Shown: piece after piece, positions 1 to 8,703 of the stretch
How the letters are laid out: every line of letters begins with the position of its first letter
Position numbering within the stretch: position 1 is the first letter of the stretch
Assembly (NCBI GenBank): GCA_000004985.1
Contig: GG738901.1
Direction: 5' to 3' (one strand)
From: Naegleria gruberi
Lineage: Eukaryota
DNA length: 64,000 nucleotides
Program-made: the position numbers and the translations under genes
The notes under the pieces: generated by a model
The model's database searches: none
What the model saw: only the letters and a program-made list of their open reading frames with translations
What the model was told of the DNA's origin: nothing

Positions 1-722
1 GGTGGTAAAGGTTTTGATTTTGAGATGTTGACCTTTGGCATCCCTGTAGATTCGTGAGCAATTTGATAAATTCCAATTTCATTTCTAAATGGAATTATCA
101 ATTCCTGATTTTCTAGAATTAAAAGTGAACATCCATCCAATTTTATCAATGGTTTGAAATCTTCAACCAAATCACCTGTTTCACAATTAATGAAAGTCAA
201 ATAATCTGTGGTAGCTTCATTAATGACCAAAAAACGTTGTGAGCTTGTTGTGTAAATATCAATGCCATACATATCCATGGTAATTATTTTCTTATCCCAC
301 ACCACACAATCTTGCCACCTATTTGTTCTCATCAATTTACTCAATTTAAACTTCACAACACCTGTCGGTCCAGTTGTGTATAGCTCATCATTATTCTCAT
401 CCAGCAGTGGGACACAAGTCTTGAAAACAATCTGATGAATCAATAAATTACTACTCCTATCCACAAAATAAATCTTGTCATTGGTGAAAATTATAAAACA
501 ATTATATTGGTATGAAATTATGATATCAACAAATTCTGCATCCACATTTTCCACCTTTTCCAAATCAAAAAATCCAGATTTAATAAAATTATAAGAGAAG
601 GGAATTTTGGGATTTCTAAACATTTTCCGAAGCCATCCAAATTCTTTTATTGTAGAATTATCTTCATCATTATACAAGGCTTTGAAATCAATGAGAGAAA
701 GTATCACACAATCATCTGACAT
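1..722 (-). CDS. Hypothetical protein, partial (ATG at 722; ORF runs off the 5' edge of the window)
   Basis: I translated the minus strand from the ATG at 722 (MSDDCVILSLIDFKALYNDEDNSTIKEFGWLRKMF...) down to position 1 with no stop, more than 240 codons. It is absent from the ORF track, probably because it is edge-truncated. I recognise no domain. Confidence 0.5.
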   Translation of the reverse strand, partial: MSDDCVILSLIDFKALYNDEDNSTIKEFGWLRKMFRNPKIPFSYNFIKSGFFDLEKVENVDAEFVDIIISYQYNCFIIFTNDKIYFVDRSSNLLIHQIVFKTCVPLLDENNDELYTTGPTGVVKFKLSKLMRTNRWQDCVVWDKKIITMDMYGIDIYTTSSQRFLVINEATTDYLTFINCETGDLVEDFKPLIKLDGCSLLILENQELIIPFRNEIGIYQIAHESTGMPKVNISKSKPLP

Positions 723-943
723 TTTTTATATAAAATTAGAAGTTTTGAACTTTTTTTTGTTTTCTTTTTTTTGTTTTAAAAAATACTGAGATTCAGGGTG
801 GACTTCGTCTTTGTTGATTAACTTTATGTGTGTGTCAAGAGAATGATCCATCTTTTCATAATAGAAGGAAAACTTAATAGAGAAGATATTCTAATTAAAA
901 AATAATGATAAGTCAGAAAGCGAAAAGAAGAAGAAACAAAAGC

Positions 944-1023
944 TGCAGAAGGTGGGATTTGAACCCACGAAGCTTGCGCAGTAGAACTTGAGTCTACCCC
1001 CTTTGACCACTCGGGAACCCTGC
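944..1023 (-). tRNA. tRNA-Leu (anticodon CAA), type II with long variable arm; possible pseudogene
   Basis: The reverse complement reads GCAGGGTTCCCGAGTGGTCAAAGGGGGTAGACTCAAGTTCTACTGCGCAAGCTTCGTGGGTTCAAATCCCACCTTCTGCA. The anticodon stem is GTAGA/TCTAC and the loop CTCAAGT gives anticodon CAA. The T-arm is GTGGGTTCAAATCCCAC. The acceptor stem has two G-U pairs and one 7-66 mismatch. Confidence 0.6.
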
Positions 1024-1143
1024 TTGACATTCATTATGAAAATAGTCCATATTTATATAAGATACGTGCTAACTCGTTACCCATACATTTATTTACTTTT
1101 GTTTTAGTGATACAAGGAAAGACATGTTGTGATTAAAGTTGTT

Positions 1144-2415
1144 TTATTCTTGATTATGATCTTCTGTATGATGAGCAAGCATTGCCTCAATGAATTTATC
1201 TGGATTTCCATCACAAAGACATGAATTGAGATAGTATTCTGTTTGTTGTGCTGCACCTTTTGATCTTTCAAACATTTTAGCTTCAAAACTTGCAATTACT
1301 CCATTCCAATCTAATACTTCTGATTGAGTCTCACTTGCTATTCCATCCCTTCCATGAATTAAAAATTGAGCGAGGTCATGAGCATCTAGGAGGGCAAGAT
1401 TTGCACCTAATCCAGCAAATGGTGTCATTACGTGAGCAGCATCTCCAATAATTGTAACTCCTGGTTGAGTTTTCCAATCCCATTCAGGAGGAAGTGAATA
1501 AAGAGGTCTCTTGATGAATGAAAAGTCGTCATTACATTCAATAACTCTAATGAAATCCAATAGTGAATCATCCCAACCATTGAATAATTCTAATAATTGC
1601 TGCTTTACAACTTCAGGGCCCTTCTCAAAGTGAATAGTTTGCTCAACCAATTCTTTATCCATTCTGAGGCAATAGTAGAAACGAATATGATTTGAATTTC
1701 TCTGTGCTAACAGACCCTTGTTATTGTACAATGAAAAGAGACTTCCTTTTCCGGTCATTTCAATGACCTTTCTTGCCAAATCATCATTTCTATCTAATTG
1801 CAATTTTGATTCGATAAAGTAAACACCAGAATAGGTTGGTTTAGTTTGTGTGAAAGCGGATCTCACCTTTGACCAAGCTCCGTCACATCCAACCAATAAA
1901 TCAGTCACATGACTACTTCCATCCTTGAAGTTAATTTGGTATTGACCTTCAGAGGATTCAATCTTCTTAATACAGTCAACTGCCTTATTCCATTCTACAG
2001 TTCCAGGACTCAATGCATTGAGGAATAAATTTCTCAAATCCATTCTATCAATTTCCGGTTTGGAAAAGGCATCTTCATTCTCTGTTGTGGAATCTTGTGC
2101 AGAACCATCTTCGAAGAGAAGTTTCAAAGTGGTTGATTCGAGAATTTTAGTGGCCTCTCCTTCAACTCTTGACATTTTCAAAAACTCTTCATATAATCCA
2201 GCACCTTTAATGGCAATTTGTCCATAATCTGAGTGCATATCTAAAGAACCGCCCTGATCTCTTCCTAAAGTGATAGAATCTCTCTCAAAAACACTCACTT
2301 GAATGTTTGCTTGTTGGAGAAGGGTTGCAAGACAGAGTCCAGAAGGACCAGCACCGATAATTGTTACTTTCTTATTGAACATTGTTGTTTCTTTTTTTTG
2401 TTTGTTTGATTCCAT
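1144..2415 (-). CDS. FAD-dependent (group A flavin) monooxygenase
   Basis: The N-terminal Rossmann motif is KVTIIGAGPSGLCLATLL. LVGCDGAWSKVR is the conserved GD/DG FAD-binding motif of aromatic hydroxylases and TetX-like monooxygenases. A DAAH motif lies near the C-terminus. The ORF-track start at 2433 is TTG; in-frame ATGs sit at 2415 and 2382. Confidence 0.8.
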   Translation of the reverse strand: MESNKQKKETTMFNKKVTIIGAGPSGLCLATLLQQANIQVSVFERDSITLGRDQGGSLDMHSDYGQIAIKGAGLYEEFLKMSRVEGEATKILESTTLKLLFEDGSAQDSTTENEDAFSKPEIDRMDLRNLFLNALSPGTVEWNKAVDCIKKIESSEGQYQINFKDGSSHVTDLLVGCDGAWSKVRSAFTQTKPTYSGVYFIESKLQLDRNDDLARKVIEMTGKGSLFSLYNNKGLLAQRNSNHIRFYYCLRMDKELVEQTIHFEKGPEVVKQQLLELFNGWDDSLLDFIRVIECNDDFSFIKRPLYSLPPEWDWKTQPGVTIIGDAAHVMTPFAGLGANLALLDAHDLAQFLIHGRDGIASETQSEVLDWNGVIASFEAKMFERSKGAAQQTEYYLNSCLCDGNPDKFIEAMLAHHTEDHNQE

Positions 2416-2647
2416 CGATTGATGTGATTTCAACTATTTATATCAAAAAGCTCACAGTTATTGAAATGTGCGTTGGTTGATTGTCTAGTGTTGTCCACTC
2501 CGCTGTGTCGTCTATAAAATTCCATCATCTTGAAAGGTCCGCTAGTTGGGTTAGCAAAAATACCGCCCAGCCAATAGATTTCAAGAATTTGGCATTCAGT
2601 CCTGGGAGTGTCTTCATCACCATGGCATAGTTTGATGAAACAGTACA

Positions 2648-5600
2648 CTACTGTTTGAGGGAGTTTTTCAATCCTTGCATGTCTATCAAATACCACAAAT
2701 CTTGTTGGTGCTTGATGAGAATATTATCTTGTTGATTGAGTTTTTGAAGGAATTTAACGTTGTGTTTCAATCGATAGGAGGCATGAGCAATCTGGTGAAC
2801 ATCTAACTCGATGGCTGCAGTTGCAATTTCCTCATCATTTTGGAGTTTATGTTCAAGGTGAGCGAAAAGTTTTGGATTTTTCTTGACTGCTTGAAGAATA
2901 AATTCTCTGTCAGTTCTTAATTGATATGAGGCATGTAATAATGACTCTGGATGTGATGTAGTAGCAGCCAAAACAATTTCCTTATCATTTCTGAGATCTT
3001 CATCAAGTGCAGTCAATGCTTCTCCTGAATTGGTGACAGCTGCCATTACAACTTGTCTGTCAATCTTTAAATCATCAGATGCTCTATTAAGAATATTCCC
3101 CTTATTCATTACTGCTTTGATAACAATTTCCTTGTCAGATTGGAAATGAGGCACAGCATCAAGTAGTTGACCGTTCTTTTCAATATTCTCCAAAATAAAA
3201 TCTCGATCCATTCTAAGTTCCTTTGATAAAAAGTAAAATGATGTACATGTTGGAATAGCTGCTGAAACTACTTGTCTATCATTTTGTAAAGGTTTTGATG
3301 CAAACTTGATAGCATCCCCTGTCTGTTTTACAGCAACAAGCACAATTTCCTTATCATTTCTAAAATCCAATGAGACATATCTCAAATTCATTCCATTCTT
3401 GCTCATGGCATTCAAAACTATCTCCTTATTGTTTCTTAAATTTTCTGGAATCCAAAAAAGATTTGCTATGTGTTTGGATATTTCTAGTATAAATCCATAA
3501 TCATTTCTCAAACGATCTGAAATATGAGGGAGACAGTCTAATGTTGGCTCTTCATTTGATTTCATAGCATGAAGTACCAATTCCTTATCATCTTTCAACT
3601 CCTCTGATGCAAGTACCAATAGATGTGAATTATTTGTAACAACATTAAACATAAATTCGAAATCACTTCTGAAAGAAACGTCACAACCAAAGATGCAATA
3701 GCCATCATTTTTGGAAGCCAATAAAACTATTTCTCTATCTCCACTAAAGTGATCCAAAACAACTCCATATTTAGCAGATAATAAAGCAAATTCTCTATCT
3801 CTGGAAAATTCATTTCTAAAGAATGAAAGACTACTAGGATGTTTTCTTAGTACTTCTTCCAAAAAATCCATATCCATTCTCCAATCAAGTTTGACCAAAA
3901 CAGGGTTATAGTTGCTTATTGCCAAAAAAGATAATGCCTTATCAGATCTGAGACGCTTAGAGGCCAATTCAATGAGTTTACCATCTCTTTTTACGCATTC
4001 GTACACTATTTCTCTGTCATCCGAGTATAGCTCTGGAATATAGTTTGGTAAATTTTTCGAATATTCTAAAACCAACTCCCTATCACGCTTCATTTCAGAG
4101 GATTCTAGTCTAAATCCATACGTTTTTACTTGTGTAAGATACAGCTTTCTATCATTCAACATTGATTCAGGAATTTCAGGATGCCCAAAATAATTAAAAG
4201 CCTCCTCCAATATTTCTCTATCATTTTGGAAAGCTATAGGAATGCAACTCACATATCCTCCACATCTAATGGCTTTTAGCACAAAATCTCTATCATTCTG
4301 GAATTTTTCATCGACTGAATTTATATTTCCACCATACTGAGATATTGCTTTGATTACAATATACTTATCATTAATCAGTTCATCAGATGTGGCATATTCT
4401 AAAATGTCTGCTCCATAGTGAAGAGCTTTTAAAACACATTCCCTGTCGTTCTTCAAATCCTCTCCTGCAAAGTATAACGAACGAGGGTTACTTTCAATTA
4501 ATTTCATTATTAAATCCTTATCATTCAACAATTCAGTATTTCGAACATAATCAATTACTGTCTGATCTATTTCCAAAAGCTCCAAACAGAATTCCTTGTC
4601 CAATAATAACTCCTCAGAAACTGTTCGCATTATAGAGAATGCAGAATAGTCAATAAGCGCAGTCTTGACAATTTCTTTGTCTTTTTTTGAGTTTTTTCCA
4701 ACCATTTCCATTGCATCAAATTCACGCATATACAAAGTAAGTAAAACTATGTCTCTATCATCCTTTAGCTCTGGTGAAATATGTTTGAAAGTGGAGCTAT
4801 TTGTTCTAATTTGTTCCATAATAAATTGTTTGTCATTTTTTAAACATTCTGGAGCGTACTGAAATAGTTCACTATTCAACTTAATAGCCATTCGCATGAA
4901 TTCTACATCATTTTTCAAATCTGAAGAAATCACTGGCTGATAATTATTTCGTTTGATAGCCTCCAATATAATCTCCTTGTCGTTTTGTAATTCTGGACAA
5001 GTAAAACTAAAACAGTTAGGATATCTTTTGATTGTTTCCAAAACAATATTTCTGTCGTTTCTAAATTGATCTGGTAAATGTTGGAATCCATATGGACATA
5101 TTTCGAGTGCTTTTTTAACAATTTCATCATCATTCCTCAATTCTTCAGAAGCAAACTCAAGTACGCTTGTTCCCTTTGCTGACACAAGTGTCATAACAAA
5201 ATCTCTGTCTTTCAAGAGATCGGGATCAACGTACTTCAGTGCATGCTCATGCTTACAGGCAGCAAGATAAACAATTTCTCTATCGGCTCGTAATTTCTCC
5301 GAAGCATACTGAATGGATTGTCCACTGCTCATCACAGCAATTTTAACCAGAGTCTTGTCATTCTTTAATTCATCAGGTATTCTACTCAAATAATCTCCAT
5401 CCTTTCGTAAATATTTACATAGAATTAATCTATTACTCTCCAATAGTGGTGGTGAAGCTCTCCTGTGCCAAATTCTACCAAAGGAAGTCATTTCTGTTTG
5501 TATCCTCTCATACAGTTCATCATTGTCATGAATAACTTTCTCCCGAGCTTCTTGGAATTGGCTCATCAAGGAAAATGATTTTATTTGTCCGTACATATCA

Positions 5601-5650
5601 ATTTCTTCATCTGTGACACAGACAACTACCACATCACTCAGTGAAATCAT
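2648..5650 (-). CDS. DUF4116-type tandem-repeat protein (about 1000 aa)
   Basis: The ORF is uninterrupted and built of about 25 copies of a roughly 38-aa unit with consensus L(K/R)NDKEIVL.A(V/I)K.NG.AL.YAS.EL. The ORF-track start at 5665 is TTG; the first ATG is at 5650 (MISLSD...). Confidence 0.75.
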   Translation of the reverse strand: MISLSDVVVVCVTDEEIDMYGQIKSFSLMSQFQEAREKVIHDNDELYERIQTEMTSFGRIWHRRASPPLLESNRLILCKYLRKDGDYLSRIPDELKNDKTLVKIAVMSSGQSIQYASEKLRADREIVYLAACKHEHALKYVDPDLLKDRDFVMTLVSAKGTSVLEFASEELRNDDEIVKKALEICPYGFQHLPDQFRNDRNIVLETIKRYPNCFSFTCPELQNDKEIILEAIKRNNYQPVISSDLKNDVEFMRMAIKLNSELFQYAPECLKNDKQFIMEQIRTNSSTFKHISPELKDDRDIVLLTLYMREFDAMEMVGKNSKKDKEIVKTALIDYSAFSIMRTVSEELLLDKEFCLELLEIDQTVIDYVRNTELLNDKDLIMKLIESNPRSLYFAGEDLKNDRECVLKALHYGADILEYATSDELINDKYIVIKAISQYGGNINSVDEKFQNDRDFVLKAIRCGGYVSCIPIAFQNDREILEEAFNYFGHPEIPESMLNDRKLYLTQVKTYGFRLESSEMKRDRELVLEYSKNLPNYIPELYSDDREIVYECVKRDGKLIELASKRLRSDKALSFLAISNYNPVLVKLDWRMDMDFLEEVLRKHPSSLSFFRNEFSRDREFALLSAKYGVVLDHFSGDREIVLLASKNDGYCIFGCDVSFRSDFEFMFNVVTNNSHLLVLASEELKDDKELVLHAMKSNEEPTLDCLPHISDRLRNDYGFILEISKHIANLFWIPENLRNNKEIVLNAMSKNGMNLRYVSLDFRNDKEIVLVAVKQTGDAIKFASKPLQNDRQVVSAAIPTCTSFYFLSKELRMDRDFILENIEKNGQLLDAVPHFQSDKEIVIKAVMNKGNILNRASDDLKIDRQVVMAAVTNSGEALTALDEDLRNDKEIVLAATTSHPESLLHASYQLRTDREFILQAVKKNPKLFAHLEHKLQNDEEIATAAIELDVHQIAHASYRLKHNVKFLQKLNQQDNILIKHQQDLWYLIDMQGLKNSLKQ

Positions 5651-5774
5651 TTTTTTAATAAACAATTTAATAATATTAAAATCAAATTAATAATTGATTC
5701 TAGATTATGAAATTTCCAAATAATTAAGTGGACTGTTCGGAGTTAACTAGTATAATCTTTCCATTGAAAAAAAA

Positions 5775-6548
5775 ATGGCTCGATCACTGCTTGCAATCTC
5801 GTTGATGGTCATTGTGTCCATGATTATGATGATGGACATGATGATTATTAAAACAGCCCAAGCTAAAATAATATTGGACACCAATGCTGGAAGAAACAAA
5901 TATGATAACAATCAACGTTTCAAAGAACGAACAATGCAATTGAAGCAATCTCAACTACCAATCACAAGATTCAAAGCAGTGAATAAAGATTCAAGAAATA
6001 TTGAAAGAGATTTCTTGGCCAAGTTTTACAATGCCACAGGAGGAAGATCTTGGATGAAAAACGAAGGATGGAATACTATGGGAACAAGAGATGAAACTGA
6101 CTATTGTACTTGGTATGGAGTGGAATGTGAAAGAAGTGGACACTATGTGATTGCATTGCAATTGATTAATAACAATTTGACTGGATCATTACCAACTGGA
6201 ATTGTGGATGGATTGCAAAGTTTGATGGTATTTGAGATTGCTCTTAATGGACTGAGAGGGGAAATTCCAGAAGAGTATGGGCACACAACCATAACAGATA
6301 TTGATCTCAGTTACAATCAATTTGAAGGTATTCTTCCACATGGAATTTGTAATATTATTACATGCAGTGCTCACAATAATCCACGATTGAAATGTCCAAA
6401 AGATAATTGCAATGAAAATCATTGTGTGATGGATGTTTGTAATTGTGGAAAGTATTCTATTTGTCAAAATGAAGTTGATTGTGCTGGAAAGTTGTGTTCA
6501 AAATGTGTTCCTTCATCCTATTCTCCTTACATTAAAGTTTGTAGATAA
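5775..6548 (+). CDS. Secreted leucine-rich-repeat protein (plant-type LRR N-terminal cap) with Cys-rich C-terminal tail
   Basis: It has a hydrophobic signal peptide, a CTWYGVEC cap motif, LRR units (LQLINNNLTGSLP, LSYNQFEGILP) and a C-terminal segment with more than 20 Cys. Confidence 0.65.
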   Translation: MARSLLAISLMVIVSMIMMMDMMIIKTAQAKIILDTNAGRNKYDNNQRFKERTMQLKQSQLPITRFKAVNKDSRNIERDFLAKFYNATGGRSWMKNEGWNTMGTRDETDYCTWYGVECERSGHYVIALQLINNNLTGSLPTGIVDGLQSLMVFEIALNGLRGEIPEEYGHTTITDIDLSYNQFEGILPHGICNIITCSAHNNPRLKCPKDNCNENHCVMDVCNCGKYSICQNEVDCAGKLCSKCVPSSYSPYIKVCR

Positions 6549-6677
6549 ATCTTTATTCTATTTAAAGAAATAGAATATTCTAAGTAATATTATTATAATA
6601 CATTGGTTTTGAAGTGGGAAAGTTTGGCCATTTCCTAGATTAATGATACAATTTCATTTCTAACACTATTGAACTCT

Positions 6678-7086
6678 TTACAAGAGATGACATTTCTTCT
6701 TCTTTTCATCAGCTGAATTGTCATCAACCCAATCCTTAAACTTGTCTGGATTTCTGGCAATTCTTACAGCCGATTCAAAAACTTCCTTCACACCATATTG
6801 AGTTTTAGCACTACATTCATGATAACGATGAATCTTCCAATCCTTTCTCTTCTTTTCAGCTTCATCTTTTGTAATAGGTGGTCCATCCTTACTCTTTTGC
6901 ATTTCTGGAACTTCTCTCAAATCAACTTTTGTTCCAACTAATAGGATAGGGACCCCAGGAGCATAATGTGTAATTTCTGGAAGCCACCTCACTTGAATAT
7001 TATCAAAAGAGCTTCTGTGGACAATTGAAAAACAGAGAAGGAAAATATTTGTATCTGGATAAGAGAGAGGTCGTAAACGATCATAA
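6678..7086 (-). CDS. Rho-family small GTPase, last exon (YDRLRPLSYP...CHLL CAAX box)
   Basis: It encodes YDRLRPLSYPDTNIFLLCFSIV...WLPEITHYAPGVPILLVGTKVDLR...CHLL. The acceptor AG is at 7087-7088. The reading frame extends upstream of the ORF-track Met. Confidence 0.8.
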
Positions 7087-7274
7087 CTTTTTTTGTGTGA
7101 ATAAATTTCATTGGAAATTATGAGAGGACAACTTACTCTGAAATTGTGTGAGAATTATCATGTATGAATATAATATGTTGATAGATTTAAATATTTACCT
7201 TCCTAATAATATTGATTGATAATTGATGAAAATGATCAGTGATTAGAATATAAATTATATTGTAAATTACTTAC

Positions 7275-7360
7275 TTGTCCTGCTGTATCCCATAAATCTA
7301 TTGTTTGTACTTTAGAATCAACTACCATGTTTGTGCTGTAATTATCAAAGACAGTTGGCA
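7275..7360 (-). CDS. Rho-family small GTPase, exon 2 (VPTVFDNYS...LWDTAGQ)
   Basis: The acceptor CTTTAG is at 7361-7366 and the donor GTAAGT at 7269-7274. It encodes switch I/II, ending in the DTAGQ G3 box. Confidence 0.8.
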
Positions 7361-7532
7361 CTAAAGATTATTGATTATCCGAAATTACAAGACGAAACAT
7401 ATCAAGATCCAATCATAATAATAATAATAACAACATTCCAACAAGATAAATTTTGTATGATGACAATAATATTCGAAATTGATGACAATAACATGATATC
7501 AATCAACTCTTTCCAATACAAAAAAAACCTAC

Positions 7533-7632
7533 CGTAATCTTCAGGAAACTTATCCTCTACAAAACTAACCAGTAAACAAGTTTTTCCGACAGCACCATCT
7601 CCACAAACTACACATTTTACAGCCTTGTCCAT
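7533..7632 (-). CDS. Rho-family small GTPase, exon 1 ([22 protein letters not shown]-loop)
   Basis: The ATG is at 7632. The P-loop is GDGAVGKT. The donor is G|GTAGGT at 7527-7532. Intron 1 is about 172 nt. Confidence 0.8.
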
Positions 7633-8343
7633 TATTTCTTCTTAAGTTTCGAATAATATTTAAACTACTATGATTTGACTGTTTCCAATACAGAGAAAAA
7701 TAAATATCGATGAGAGGGAATTTTTTTGATTCTTGAAAAAAAAAATGCCCAAGTTCTCTTTACACTGATGGACAGAAGCCTTCTTTTAAGAGAATAAACG
7801 GAAAAACACTCACGAACAAGGAACCTCCCCATCAAATAAATCAAAACAAAAAGAGCCAAGCAATATATTAATGGATGAGAGGCATCATCATTTGAAAATT
7901 AAGGATTGATTAAAAGACCATCTCATCTTTGTAAGAACCAGTTTTTGTTGTTCTTTTTTAAAGGTCATTGGTGGTTTTGATTATTGCTGCTGAAGAAGAT
8001 CCTTCATGTTGCTAAGAAAATATGTTAGTTAGCTTATTTCAACCAAAATTCGAAATCAACGCTCAATATCATAATGTGCTGCGCACGCACAAACTTACCT
8101 CAAACTTTATTGTGGGTCATCGTGCGCTCTTTCTCTCTCTTCCACACTTGGGTAGAAAACAAAAAAAAGGCTCGAAAACATCTCAGAGTTGCATCATTAC
8201 TCAAATTTTACTGTATTAAAACGTACTTTTATTGTTGCCTTTTCGTTGAATTTTAGCATTGTTTTCGCTTAATATTTTGGAAGATAATTTTGGAGGTTTT
8301 AGTAAAAACAAAACTTCATGAAAAGACTTTAAAAAAAATCAAC

Positions 8344-8658
8344 ATGACAACTCCTAGTGGTACTAACGAATTTAATCCTTTCATTTTGCAAGGAACAACA
8401 CCGTTGGGAATGAATGATAGTGTTTCCTCTCTTTTTCAGGATTTACTTGGCAACATGTTGGATATGAATAATAATTTTACATCGCCACCATCCTTTTTAT
8501 CTTCTCAACAAGCACAACAAACAATTTATAACCAACAACCAGTGGTGATAGACAATTCGGAAGTTGATGATTTTAATTTTGACGCTCCAGACGAAGGTTT
8601 GATAAATCCTAATTTACATTCCATTGCATGTTTGCAATGTAGAAAGCTACACAGAAAA
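8344..8658 (+). CDS. Zn(II)2Cys6 fungal-type transcription factor A, exon 1
   Basis: It ends with IACLQCRKLHRK, the first three Cys of the binuclear cluster. The donor GTAGGT is at 8659. The ORF-track start at 8290 is upstream; the first ATG is at 8344. Confidence 0.75.
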
Positions 8659-8703
8659 GTAGGTAATATTATTACCATGTTGATTTGCTAATTTGTCAAT
8701 TAG

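Noticed and set aside
824-1030. 68-aa minus-strand ORF
   Set aside because: It coincides exactly with the tRNA-Leu gene, so it is an artefact.
2430-2696. 88-aa ORF on the minus strand bridging the monooxygenase gene and the DUF4116 gene
   Set aside because: It overlaps the 3' end of the DUF4116 CDS and the 5' end of the monooxygenase. I see no domain. The ORF-track start is a non-ATG codon, so it is most likely a read-through artefact.
3306-5133. Several 60-80-aa ORFs (3306.., 4387.., 4665.. on +; 4930.. on -) inside the DUF4116 gene
   Set aside because: They are antisense or out of frame within a long, well-supported repeat-protein ORF, and their sequences are low-complexity and not protein-like.
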